Shown here: positions 1 to 13,030 of the stretch, piece after piece | Layout: each line of letters begins with the position of its first letter | How positions within the stretch are numbered: the stretch's first letter is position 1 | DNA from: Macrostomum lignano | Taxonomy: Eukaryota | Assembly: GCA_002269645.1 (NCBI GenBank) | Contig: NIVC01001203.1 | Coordinates: 124,001-188,000 of the forward strand | Length of the DNA: 64,000 bases | Direction of reading: 5' to 3' | Position numbers and translations under genes: made by a program | Notes under the pieces: model-generated | Seen by the model: the letters and a program-made list of their open reading frames with translations, nothing else | Database searches by the model: none | What the model was told of the DNA's origin: nothing

Positions 1-68
1 TGAAATGTAAGTAGTATGTAATCATTTTTAAAAACACGGTTTCTATAATTTTTTTCACACCCAATCAG

Positions 69-3000
69 GAAGGAGAGCTCGGAGAAGCTGTGGCAGATGT
101 TGCAGAAATTGCTTCCGGAGTGGAAGCTGCCGGAGCCGGCGGAGAAGGATCCAACAGCCGAGGGGATGGAAGAGGTTCCGGCTGGAACCGTGAGTGCAGT
201 TTTTACCATAGACACTTTGAACTAAAATTTGCATTGGAGGCTACCGAATTAACGCGCGTGTTTTTGTCTGGCTTGTTCAATTAGAAAGATTCAAAAAATC
301 ACTAATAATATTTTTATACCTTACCGAATGTCATCGAAAAATCAAGGGTCAGATTGCTCCAGCCTCTAAGAGCAATCTTCATCAACAGCATCAACAACAG
401 CATCAGCAGGCTCAGCAGCCGCAAGCTGCAGTCCCAGCAGACGGGCAGTCCTCCGGAGCCCATTTAAACTTGAGCTCCTCAGCCTCAACAGTCAGGCTGG
501 GCCAGGCCCCCAAAATGACGGTTGGTAAAACTCGAACAAAAAAATTGTCGAGTGGCCAAACAATACCTTCCGCTGAGCATTCGCGATGTAGATTCCTGCT
601 CTTGAAACCTCGCTGATTTATCTGATTTGTTTTGCTAAGCTATGAAATCTTTCGTTTCTAAGAAACCATCGGAATTTTTTCATTTTATCGACTGAATTTT
701 TGTTTTTTCTTAGAAATCGTCTAGATATTATGCTGTTTTTCTTAGAAAATTTCGATGAAACAAATTACATTTGCGGAAAATCATTTTAATCTTTATTGGG
801 TTTCCAAGAAACCATCGAAATTATTTTTTCGACTAAATTCGTGTTTTTTTCTTAGAAATCTTTTAGACATTACGCTGTTTTTCTTAGAAAATTTCGATAA
901 AAGTTAAATTTGCAGAAAATCTTTTTAGTTTTTATTTTCGCAGCCAAATTTCTATTTATTTAATTTATTTACTTCCTAAATTGTTCTATCGTTCAAGAAA
1001 ATATTTTGTTAATCTGCAGACGCCGGACGTTGAGAAGCAGCCGGAGCAGCCGCAAGGCAAAGGCAAACCGCCGGGACCCGCTGACAAAGGCAAAGGTAAA
1101 ACTGCTAATTGGTTTTTCCTAATAGTCAAGTTTAACCGCCAAAGATTCGAATTCAAAATTTGGAATAACACCTGCAATTTTGCAATTTTCGTGTCAATTT
1201 CAGGAAAAGAAGATAAAAAAGAGGCGAAAGCTTCCAAAGGAGACAAAGCCAGTAAGTGCATTTTGTAGTTTTGGCCATAGACACCTGTTTGGCAACTATA
1301 TGACGATAATTAGACACTCATTAGACATTCAAATAGGCACCCATTAGATACCCAATGGACACTACATAGACACATATTAGATACCTTTTACACACCCACT
1401 ATATATACATACTAGATATCCAGAGACCCATATAAGTCAATCAATAGATACCAATTAGATGTCCATTAGAGACTCATTAGACACCCATTAGATACTCAAT
1501 AAATACCGATTGAATATTAATAGGACAGCCATTAGATAACCATTAAACACCAATTTAGACACCTATTAAACATCTATTCGATACCAGTTAAACACCCATT
1601 AGACACCCATTACACACGTATTAGATACCAAACAAACGCATATTTGACACCCATTAGACAACCATTAGACACCTATTAAACATCTATTAGATACCAATAA
1701 GATACCAATTAAACACCCATTAGACACCCAATAGATCCCAAATAGACAACCGTTAGATACCAATTAGACACCCATTGGATACCAATTAGACAACCATTAG
1801 ATACCAATTAGACAACCGTTAGATACCAATTAGACACCCATTGGATACCAATTAGACAACCATTAGATACCAATTAGACACCCATTAGATATTATAATTA
1901 GACAACCATTAGATACCAATTAGACACCCATTAGATATTATAATTAGACAACCATTAGATACCAATTAGACACCCATTAGATACCAATTAGACACCCATT
2001 ATATACCAATTAGACACCCATTAGATACCAATTAGACACCCATTATATACCAATTAGACACCCATTATATACCAATTAGACAACCATTATATACCAATTA
2101 GACACCCATTAGATACTTATAAAACAGCCCTTAAGGATCGGCGTTAAATGGCTAACCCATTAAACCTTGTGTTATGACGTGCAATAAGACCACAATAAAC
2201 ATTAATTAGTTTGATTAGAATTCTATTAGTCAGCCATTAGGTGCCCATTAGCCGTCAAGATCCTCCTCACCCAGTACAACCCAACCCCAACGCAGAGGAG
2301 GACACGGTCGTCTACGACAAGCCCGAGGTGGCAATTTTCGCATCCTATTACGACGCCACAAGGCGGCAGCCGCTGCAGGTGACCTCACTGGCTGACTGCG
2401 CCAACAAGAGCGAGCAGCTCAGGCAGCGAGGCTTCTCCTACCTGTACAGCCATCCAGTGCAACTGACCAAGTTCCGTGTCTGCCCGTTGGAGCCGCCCAA
2501 GCCGCCGGAAGAGATTCCAGCCTGGAAGCTGATCAGGCCGAAGGTGAAACGGCCGCTGCCGAGAAGTGAAGCGCCCGACGCCTCAGCTTGCGGCGAAGTC
2601 GGCGACGCGGTCGGCGTGACGGAGGAGAAACCGATCTGTGCTATTGAAGTGGAATCGCCCTTTGTGAATTATAAAGTGAGGGGTGGGACAGGGCTGAGTG
2701 GACAGGTGGATAAGGACAGGTAGGATAGGGACAGGTAGATAGGGACAGGTAGATAAGGACAGGTAGATAGGGACAGGTAGATAAGGAAATGTAGGATTAA
2801 AAGACAGGTACGAAAAAGACAGGTAGGATAAAGACAGGTAGAATAAAGACGGGTAGGACAAAGACAGGTAGGATAGAGACAGGCAAAAAAGGACAGATAG
2901 ATGAGGACAGGTAGGATAGGGACAGGTAGATAAGGACAGGTAGATAAGGACAGGTAGATAAGGACAGGTAGATAAGGACAGATAGGATAGGGACAGGTAG

Positions 3001-6000
3001 TCAACTAGGAACTGTGATAGATAGAGACAGGTGGACAGAGACAGGTATTCTCTAGAAGAAGAAGATGTAGAAGATGAAGACAGGTCACTTACCCCCTCCT
3101 CCCGCCCCAGGTGGACCCGGTACCGCTGCCGCAGTCGACCTCCCGCCCGACCTCCTCGCTGAGCCGGCGGTCCACCCGGCCAGAGACGCCACCAAATCCT
3201 CCGATTGACGAATTTGACGAATCGGCGCCAGACTGGGACGTTCAGGAGGCGGAGCGGCGCGCGCGCGAAGCCGAGGAGGCGCGGCTGGCGGCGGAGCGCG
3301 AGGCCGAAGAGAGGCGCCAGGCTGAATTGGCGCCCGGCGCCGGAGAAGCTGGCGCCGCGGCTGACAAACTGGCCGTAAGTAAACAAAAATACAGCAAATC
3401 TCATTTTAAATTTTACCGACTGGTTACTACTCACAGTTTATGAACTGTTAGTAGTGTGAATTGCATTTGCTAGCTTGTTTTTAATCTTAAATTTCCCCAG
3501 TCGCCGTTGCTGCAACGATCGAGAAAGACGCCAAAATCACCGGTATAATTATTATAATTATATTTAGCTTAGATGGAAGTAAAACGTTTCAACATTTTCT
3601 GTATACTAAATGCTTCTTAAATTAATTTATTATGCTTTATACGTATATAACTTATGTCTGCGCCTCTTTTTCTGCAAGCTTTCTATCATATTTGTTTTAC
3701 TGCTTTCTTTGCTATAATTTGTAAACGATAATTATTTTTAAAAAAACCTCACACCGTGTAAACCCACACGCCATGCAGGCGCCAGACTCCAAGGCTGGCG
3801 GGAAGTCTGCGAAAACGGCGGCAGCCCCAGCTGCAGCAAACGCACCGAAGCAGCAACAGGCGGCAGAAACCGCAGGTTCGTCAGCGCCGAACATCACGGT
3901 GCAGCATTCCGGGTCGCAGCTGGACGCTCTGATCGAATCGAAATCCGAATTGGATCCGAGTCTGAATGGAAAGCAGAAATCGGCCGAGCATAAGAAGTGG
4001 TTGGATCTCTCCGAGCTGGTGGAATGTTTCCAGTGAGAGCCGATCTGTTGTTAATGGATTAATTTCCTAAAATTAGCGAATTTTTTTTATATTAGAGTTA
4101 AACAAGTTGAAATTGAAAGTCAACATATACATTTTTAGCTAATGAGTTTTAGTTTAGAAATTATTGTAATTGATTTAAAAAAGAATAAGTTATTGTACTA
4201 GAAAATAACAGAAATTAAAACAAAAAATTAGGTTTTCGTCTTCGTTTAAAAATTCGTTTTAGATAGAGAGACTAAGAAAAAAATAAAAATTAACATACAG
4301 TTTTTTTAATATTAATTACGAAACAAGTAGATGCAATTTTATGAAAGTTAATTAAAACAAATAATTAGATTTTCATCTTCGTTTAAAAATTCATTTCAGA
4401 TAAAGACTAAGAAAAAACAAATAAAGAAATACAGTTTTTAATATTTTAATCACTTAACAAGTAGATGCAATTTTATGTAAGTTAATTAAAACAAATAATT
4501 AGAATTTCATCTACGTTTAAAAATTTATTTCAGATAAAGACTAGGAAAAAACAAATAAAAAAATACAGTTTTTAATATTTTAATCACTTAACAAGTAGAT
4601 GCAATTTTATGTAAGTTAATTAAAACAAAAACTATATTATTTCACGTATGCTGTTTTTTCTAAAATTAATTCCAGCTGCATTCACGTGTACCACAAGGTG
4701 CACACCTACCAGCACAGGCAAACACACAGCGACCTCAAAGTAAGTCTTGCATTTGTTAAAATACTAACGTGATATCGGTAATAGCAAAATTTTCAATCGC
4801 AAATCATTGAATCTGAATAACATAAAAACATAATTTCAGAACATCGCCAACAGCGGCACGCCAGCAAAAGAGACACGCAAGTCAGCAGCGGGTGCCGCAG
4901 CTCCAGTAAGTTTTTTTTAATTTTTTACAGAAACTTTTGTTATAATTCCTAAAAAAATTATATTTAGCCAATAGACTTTTCATTTTGAGCTACTATAAGT
5001 AGTAAAACTCAGAAGCGTCAGTAAGTATTTTCTCGCGCCGAAACATTCCGCCACAGCATCATTCATCGCCTCAAGTATCGCCGCGGTTGTTAAGAAAAAA
5101 TCCAGCCATAACTTGCTGCAAGTGCCGCCAACTGCTTATGCGGGCGCTAGCAGTCACTCGGTTTGAAAGCATTTTTTTTGTCAAACATTTCAGTTTAAGT
5201 GTAGTCTAATTAAACTCCGTTATTCGTGTCAGCGCAGAAAAGTTAAAGCGGAAATCTTCTCTCGTAATCTTCATCGTTCTATAGTTGTAAAGCTTTCGCA
5301 AAAAGCAGCATTTTTTAGCAACTGAAGCGTCGCAATACTTGTAAAAATGTTATATTTCAATAGCTTCATACAGATGACAGCAATGAGTTTCGGCTCGTTA
5401 AAGTGGCGCGTCTCAGATGTACTTTTTGTTATTCCTTATCGCACAGACAGCAGGTGTCGCGCACATTCTGTCTTTCCGTTAAAGTCATTGTTGACCAGAT
5501 ATTTTTTATCAAATTTATTAGTGACAAGATAACCGACAATATTAGCGACAAGAAAACCGACAATATTAGCGACAAGAAAACCGACAATATTAGCGACAAG
5601 AAAACCGACAATATTAGCGACAACAAAACCGACAATATTAGCGACAAGAAAACCGACAATATTAGCGACAAGAAAACCGACAATATTAGCGACAAGAAAA
5701 CCGACAATATTAGCGAACAGAAAACCGACAATATTAGCGAACAGAAAACCGACAATATTAGCGACAACAAAACCGACAATATTAGCGACAAGAAAATCGA
5801 AAATTTAACTTCCTAACCTCACACAAACAGATCAGCAACTCGGACGAGCGCTCTCCGATGTTCCTGATGGTCGATTCGCTAGAACCCACGGAGATTATAT
5901 TCTCCATGTCGGCTCTGTGCCGTTGGCCTGAACCGCCCCAGCCAGTGTCGGCGCCGACTCCGACAGCTGGGGCGGCGCCGCAGCAGCTACAAAAATCGGG

Positions 6001-6487
6001 CCGCGAATTCACGAAATTGTCTGGCGACGACGGCAGCGGCCGGGCGGACACCCCGACAGCGGGTGGCGAGGACGCGCAGGCCGCTTCAGCAGCCGCTTCA
6101 GGACCTGAGCCTCTGGTTCCTGGCAGCTTTATCTCTGGTGAGTTGCTATATCTTCTATATCTTCATCCTCAATCCTGTCTAAAGCTAGCCAAATCCCCGA
6201 AATCGCCCATTCTCCATCCGTCGCGCAGAATTCCACAGCTGGAAGACGCTGCGCATTGGCGCTCCGTTCAAGCGTCTGAAGACCACCGGTACGAAGGCGA
6301 TTTCGCTGAACCTGCCGCCCGGACGTCACGTGTTGAAGCTGTTCACCAAGGCGCCACTGGGCTACCACTGCAAGATGGTGTCATCCAGTCCATTCAACTT
6401 TGGTACAGAGGAGGACATCCTGCCGCTGCTGCAGAAGGAGCCGCTGAGGTAAGGCTCTAGCAAGCATGTCAAGTTAGTTTAGCTTAT

Positions 6488-6547
<60 letters not shown>

Positions 6548-6574
6548 ATAGTTAGTTAGTTATTTAGTTAGTTC

Positions 6575-6642
<68 letters not shown>

Positions 6643-6666
6643 CTTAGTTAGTTAGTTAGTTAGTTC

Positions 6667-6697
<31 letters not shown>

Positions 6698-6707
6698 CGT
6701 TAGTTAT

Positions 6708-6802
<95 letters not shown>

Positions 6803-6855
6803 TTTAGTTAGTTAGTTAGTTAGTTAGTTAATTAGTCAGTTAGTCGGTTAGTTAG

Positions 6856-6950
<95 letters not shown>

Positions 6951-6966
6951 ATTAGTCAGTTAAACG

Positions 6967-7008
<42 letters not shown>

Positions 7009-10000
7009 CAGTTAGTTAGTTAATTAGTTAGTTAGTCGGTTAGTTAGTTAGTTAGTTAATTAGTCAGTTAGTCGGTTAGTTAGTTAGTTAGTTGACCCCA
7101 ATCTCGCACCGACACAGGCTGAAGGATTACGCCAGCAAGCTCATGCAAGCGGTCGGCAACATCGTCAAGAACTTCCACGAGCCAGAGCTTCGCGCAGCAG
7201 CGGAGCAGGAGTTCTGGCGTCTGCACTGTCCGTTTCATCATCAGAAGAAGTTCGACGGCCGCAAGCACTGGGAGGTGTTCAAGTCAGCGTTCTACGCCAT
7301 GCTCATCAAAGCTCTGGAGGGCAAGAATCCGACGCCAGACATGGCCAACGCTTGGAAGACGTTCATGAAGGACGCGGTGACGAAGAATCCACTGCAGCTG
7401 ACGTTCGCCCAGAAACAGAGTGAGTCCTGTTCCAAAATTTTCTGCCTTTTAATAAATCGAATTCAAAAACAAGTTTAAACCGATAATTTAAACAATCTTA
7501 TTGATTAAAATACGCGATTTCAGGAGCACTTTCTGGCTTCAAGTTCAGGAGTATGATTTTTTTACCAATCTCGATATATATTGATGAATACATTAGTCTC
7601 AGTAGTTCGGTGTGATCCTACGGAGCCTGTATCCACCACATGTCGTGTCTTCCTTTCTGTTTGTTTTTGCTCTGTTTTTCTGTCTGTCAGTGTACATTTC
7701 CTGCAATTGTTAATGCGTTTTTGAAAGTACAAAAATGTTGGTTATTTTCCACTCTAAAAGAGGCGGCAGCTGCCCCGCCGCCGCCGGCCCCGGCCAAGGA
7801 GGGCAAGGGCACCAAAGGCAAGGCGGCCGCGGCGGCAGCGGCGGAACGGGCCGCAGCGGAGGATTCGGCCGAACCGGATCAGACTGATAGTACGGCCAGT
7901 ACTTTAAATCCACTGCACGGCCATAGACTATGAACTATGGCGTGCTTTGAATAAATAACAAGTTATTGGAATGCCGTAAAGTAGTCTAAAACAGGAGTTG
8001 CTCTTAACATGGCCGTGTCATTGTTCTGTACGTTTGTCTTCTTTTAAATCTGATAACAAAATTTTCAGTGCCGTTTTGTTGCCTATTTAGCCAGTAGTTT
8101 CTTTCAACTGTTGTTTCTAATGTAACTTGTGAAGTTCACTAATCGTAATAATGCTTCAGCAGAAAAAAATTAACGTGTTTCAGGAACTAACATTACAAAA
8201 CGCTTAGTGACAAGTTAATAACGTTTAAACGTTTCTAGCTCGTAGTTGAACTAAAAGTCTTTCATGGAGAGGAGAATAATTCAAGCCCACTGTCTAACAA
8301 GGTACTAAACTAACTTGCAACCCGCAGAAATGGAACAGGATCCCAATAGTTGGTTCAACCGAGAGATCGGGCCAGAGCAGCTCATCGCGGTGACCCGCCT
8401 GCAGAAGTGCTGGCGCGGCACCACAGCCAGGCACATATTGGCCAGCCGGCACCCGGACGGCAAAGCGCACGCTCGAGTTCAGGACTTCCTGCTCAAGGCC
8501 TGGTCTTTCATGGAGCCCAACGCTGAGTCTCTGGGACTCTACCTGCTGCGTACTCTGTTCCGCTTGAGTCCTGAGAGCGCCACGCGGTACCCGTTCTCAC
8601 CAGACGCTGCCAATTATCTCTACTATCATGACTACTCAGGCGCTTGCCAGGAGCAGCCAGCTGGCGGCCAGACTTTCGTCGTGTTTCGCGAGATTTTCCA
8701 CGCACCAGACGAGGCTCCAACGTTGGGCGTTGTTTCACCTGGTGCTCGCGTCCTCGCCAAGATGCAATGCACCGTGCCAACCTGCTGCCTGCGGGTCATC
8801 AACAACGACGACTATCGAGAATTCGAACGATCGCTGGGCGAGAGAATGCCGGCCCAGGTGTTTAAAAAGAATTGTCTGGGCTACACCATGATTGGCGTGG
8901 CCAAGTCGCCGAAGGATCAGGTGAGAGATCGACTTTGCAGGGCCTCAACTGTTAAAGAACAGGTTTAGATAGGTTAAGAACAAGCCAAATAGTGCCAAAT
9001 TAGGGTTTAAGAGACTTGATAAGTACCTTATTAATCAAAGTACACGAAGAAATGAAATATATTATTTCCAAGCAATGTTAAGATACATAATGTCTCGTAA
9101 AAGTCAATTTCAACCGTCGAATCCACCACTCCTATCAAGGTGTCTCCTCAGGGCAAGTGGCGCCTGCGTCTGATCGGCGATGACAAGCAGCTGCTGCAGC
9201 CTTCACGATCCGACGTGAACTCGAACTTCGCCACCAGGCAGCTGCAAGACTACTACGTGCCGAACCAACGCCGAGTGATCTTCCGCCAATCGGTCCGCGT
9301 AGCCGAGGATCATCTCGCTACGCTGCATCTGCGACTGTCTCGTCCAGACATCGCCGTCGTTCTAGAAATTCTCGACGACGAAGAGGTGATGCTATCGACC
9401 GAGGGCAAGGGTCAGGTGTTCCTGCCGGTCTTCCTGTTCTTGAAAGACAAACTGCCGGAGGGAGTCGGAGAGGAAGCCGCTGGGACCGAAGCCGGAAGCG
9501 GCGGAGGCGGCGGTGGAGGCCGAAGTCCGTCGCGCGGCTCCGGACGTGGCGGTGGAGCAGGCAAGCGTGCCAGCGGAGGCGGCAGAGGCTCGGCGAGAAG
9601 CAAGGAGGGCAAGCTGTCGGTGAGTGCCGCGTCTCATCATTGGGAGTAATAAATGAATTTGTAAGAATATTAGCATAGTAGCAGACAAAATCAATCCCAC
9701 TCATTAAAACTCGCAGCACGCCAGCAGTGTGTCAAGCATCGCCCACGAGCTAACGGGAGAGTTCAAGCCGCACAAGTACATCATTCAGGCTAGACTGCTA
9801 GACGAAGTCTGGCCGTTGACAGCCGCCAACTGGGCTTTTGTTGAGCAGCTTAAAGAGCAGGAGAAAGAGGATCTCAAAGGTAAGATTTTGATTTAGCTCC
9901 TGCATACGTTATAACAAAGGAGTACATTATTGCATGCTCACATATTGAAGTTTTGCAATCATCCTCCAAGCTTCCACATCGTCCAAGCGTCCACATCGTC

Positions 10001-13000
10001 CAAGCGTCCACATCCTCCAAGCTTCCACATCCTCCAAGCTTCCACATCCTCCAAGCTTCCACATCCTCCAAGCTTCCACATCCTCCAAGCTTCCACATCC
10101 TCCAAGCTTCGACATCCTCCAAGCTTCCACATCCTCCAAGCTTCCACATCCTCCGAGCTTTCACATCCTCCAAGCTTCCACATTCTATAAGCTTACGCAT
10201 CCTCCAAGCTTCCACATCCTCCAAGCTTCCACATTCTCCAAGCTTCCACATCGTCCAAGCTTCCACATCCTCCAAGCTTCCACATCCTCCAAGCTTCCAC
10301 ATCCTCCAAGCTTCCACATCCTCCAAGCTTCCACATCCTCCAAGCTTTCACATCCTCCAAGCTTTCACATCCTCCAAGCTTCCACATCCTCCAAGCTTCG
10401 ACATCCTCCAAGCTTCCACATCCTCCAAGATTCCACATCCTCCAAGATTCCACATCCTCCAAGCTTCTAAATCTTCTAATCCCGTAAATCATAAAAGCTT
10501 CCATGTCCTTCTAATTGTTTACTTCGTACATCCTCAAAGCGTCTGACACTCTTAGATCTTTCTAAGCATTCGGTATTACATCCAAATGTTTACGAGAACA
10601 ATCACGGTCAACAAATTCTGCATTAAGAGTTCTCAGCACCGAGAACTAGCAGAGCAGAGCCAGTTCTCACTCTGCTGCTGCCCAGAGCAGCATCGCAGTG
10701 GCAACAATCGCGAAGGCAGGTGAGAGCAGCACAGATCTCTGCAGGAAGCTCTGCAGCCTCTGAGCGAAGAGTTCAAGCTCTCCCAGCTGCCGCCGCATCG
10801 ACTCAATCGGAGCAGCAGTCAGCCAGCGACTGCAACAGTCGGGTATCTTCAGGCAAAACCAATATTGACTCAGTTGTCGAGTCTGTAAAGGACTCTCAGA
10901 TGGATATGCCTTCTGGGGCATCCTCAGGTGCAGTGAAGGAAGAGACAGAGGATGCAAAGAAAAGATTCTTCTAAAGCACAAACAGAATCATTGACGTATT
11001 TATGTCACCTACTATCTTCTTTCAGATTATATATAACACCTCTCTGTAATAGGAATCTAACTAAAATACCGTGAAAATTTAACAGTCACACGTTCTTATA
11101 TTGTATTGATATTCTATAACTGTTTTTTAATGCTAACAATAAAAATGAATCAACCAAATGGGTTTAGTTGCTATGCTGCAGAAACGTCGAACTCAGACAA
11201 AATCAATTTCGAGTTTCCATACTCTCTATCCTCTCTTCAAAATAAAATCGATTTGTCCAAAACACCTTTACAGTGGTCGGCAAGCCCAAGGAGCCAACAG
11301 AGGAGGCTCAGAAGCTGGAGGCCACGGTCACCGGCTCAACCGCTGGCGGCGCCGCTAAAAAGGACGCCAAAGGCAAGGCTGCGCCAGCTAAAACCGCCGG
11401 CGGCAAAGATGGCGGCAAAGACGGCAAAGGAGGCGGCAAGGACGGCAAAGGTGGTGACAAAAAAGGCGCCGCCGGAGACCCGTCGGCCAGCAGGCCAGAA
11501 TCCGCCACGTTTGATGAGCGCAAGGCGCACTGGGTGCTGCGCGTCATCTCCGATGCGTCGCAGTCTGAGGAGATCGAGGTGCGCAGGGACACGGAGCGAG
11601 CCGACCAGTTCAAGAGCATGAAACGAGCCTGGGAGGAGATGGCCCCCGGACGGGCTGAGAAAGCCAAGCAGAGCCGTCTGCAGTACCTCAGCACTCACCT
11701 GGTCCGCAACCCGGAAGCGCCACCGACTCCACCGCCGCCGCCTCCACCAGCAGTTGATGCGGAGGGCGAAGCTGCCACCACCGCCGCAGCTGCACCCGCC
11801 GCCGCCCCAGCTCCTGCTGCTGCCCCGGCAGAAGAGGATGTCCCTCCGTTCGACGAGCCGCTACTCACGGAGCCGCCACCGCCACCGCCGCCGCGCGAGA
11901 TTCTTCAGCCGCTGGACATCTCCGCCTACCTGCGCGGCGACCCGTCGCGCGCGGTGCACAAGGACTACGAGACCATCAAGCAGGAAGAGGACGAGATCAT
12001 GGAGGACAAAATGGAGCGCTTCAAAGAGTTCCTTGCCGACTGGGAGAAGAATACTGAGATTGACCGTTTGGCTAGAAACGAGGAGAGGAAGAACTACATG
12101 GGATTCGTGCAGATGCTCCAGGTGAGACCTTCGTGTAGTCTGAAGATTCAGTTTGAGCGTAATTTTGGGTCAGGGGCGATTCGCGGTCCATGAGGGCCAA
12201 CCCCTAAAGGCACAGACCGATTTTCGCCAAACGAATCCGCCACACATCCGATTGCAAACACGCGCCGCCATCTCGTCACTTTGCTAAAAGGACAAAGTGG
12301 ACTCCAGAAGGATTGCCTACGCCAAGGCGATAACCGCTTATCGCAGACAGTTGCTAGGCGATGGTCAACAAGCCGCGGCTGAGCCAGCAAAGGCACCGCC
12401 AGCTGTCAGCTATCCCAAACCTAAGCTGGCGCCGGAGCCAGCGTCCCTAGCAACCGCTAGTAACCGCACCGCGCCCCCCAATCAGAGCTCGTTGACAAGC
12501 GCCGGCGAAGCTGGGGGCGCGAGCGCGCAGGCGGTTAATGTCACCAGCAGCAGTGACACAGCTGCGAATGTTGAGAGCCTGGCTTTAGATGATACCTGAA
12601 CAGCTATATGCTTTACCCAATAATACTAAAACCGTTACTAAAAACCATCCCCAAACAAGCATTACCCAAGTTTTCCTTCTGAACCCTTATTACCAGCAAC
12701 CTGTAGCCTCACAGAATCACACCGAATGCCTAAATTAATTCTCAAACCTGTAGCATCCGTTCCTAATTACCAAAATGCAACCTATAAACCGACTAACAGA
12801 AGCAGACGGACTCTTACCGGGAGCAGTTCTTCCGGGCTAGAGAGGCCTACCGTCAGAGCTGCCTGGAGGCGGAGCGTCAGCGGCAGCAGGAGCTCGCGGC
12901 CAAACAGGCCGAGGCTGAGGCGGCCGCGGCCGCGGAGGCCGAAGCGTTGAAAGCAGAGAAGGGCGGCGCCGGGAAGAAGGGCGCCAGCAAAAGTCCGCGA

Positions 13001-13030
13001 GCTTCGGCTAAGAAAGGCAAGAAGAAGTGA
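69..13030 (+). CDS. ADGB: Androglobin, 5'-incomplete multi-exon CDS (end of calpain-like region, permuted globin, IQ motif, C-terminal coiled coil)
   Basis: Phase-compatible exons read by hand: 69-189, (371-520), 1020-1095, 1204-1251, 2296-2675, 3111-3374, 3501-3542, 3779-4032, 4676-4739, 4840-4905, 5831-6137, 6229-6448, 7118-7419, 7524-7550, 7761-~7897, 8328-8920, 9140-9619, 9717-9879, 11274-12121, 12800-13030. Peptides SHPVQLTKFRVCPL..PAWKLIR, MVDSLEPTE, RHVL, KYIIQA...WPLT, HWVLRV, RDTERAD..MKRAWE..PGRAEKA..SRLQYL and the KKGKKK end match androglobin as I recall it; IQ motif VTRLQKCWRGTTAR. Confidence 0.93.
1700..2115. repeat. About 22-bp minisatellite (CCATTAGATACCAATTAGACAC)
   Basis: Direct reading; degenerate copies extend back to about 1310. 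Confidence 0.9.
2700..3050. repeat. About 14-bp minisatellite (AGGACAGGTAGATA)
   Basis: Direct reading. Confidence 0.85.
4210..4630. repeat. About 134-bp AT-rich intronic tandem repeat, about 3 copies
   Basis: ATTAAAACAA anchor at 4214, 4351, 4485 and 4619. Confidence 0.85.
5530..5800. repeat. 24-bp minisatellite (AAGAAAACCGACAATATTAGCGAC)
   Basis: About 11 copies, no spacers. Confidence 0.95.
6470..7092. repeat. (TTAG)n microsatellite
   Basis: Direct reading. Confidence 0.97.
7118..7419 (+). CDS. ADGB: ADGB exon encoding globin helices E-H
   Basis: AG acceptor before 7118, GTGAGT donor after 7419; RLKDYASKLMQAVGNIVKNF...RLHCP; proximal His codon CAC at 7224-7226. Confidence 0.85.
8328..8920 (+). 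CDS. ADGB: ADGB exon with IQ calmodulin-binding motif and following globin A/B segment
   Basis: cccgcag acceptor, CAG|GTGAGA donor; IAVTRLQKCWRGTTARHILASR. Confidence 0.88.
9955..10465. repeat. 17-bp minisatellite (CTTCCACATCCTCCAAG)
   Basis: Direct reading. Confidence 0.95.
12291..12599 (+). CDS. Candidate alternative last exon of ADGB
   Basis: ttgctaaaag acceptor in phase 0, matching the donor at 12121; reads DKVDSRRIAYAKAITAYRRQLL...DDT*, which resembles the start of the distal last exon (KQTDSYREQFFRAREAYRQSCL). Confidence 0.55.
   Translation, partial: DKVDSRRIAYAKAITAYRRQLLGDGQQAAAEPAKAPPAVSYPKPKLAPEPASLATASNRTAPPNQSSLTSAGEAGGASAQAVNVTSSSDTAANVESLALDDT

Noticed and set aside
5530-5800. 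CRISPR-like appearance of regular 23-24 bp repeats (also 44647-44955)
   Set aside because: Head-to-tail with no unique spacers, eukaryotic context, no cas genes.
6470-7092. Telomere-like (TTAG)n
   Set aside because: Not TTAGGG or TTAGG, and it lies inside an ADGB intron.
11106-11698. Overlapping alternative-frame and antisense ORFs over GC-rich exons (also at 8.5-9.7, 32-33 and 45 kb)
   Set aside because: Shadows of real GC-rich coding sequence.
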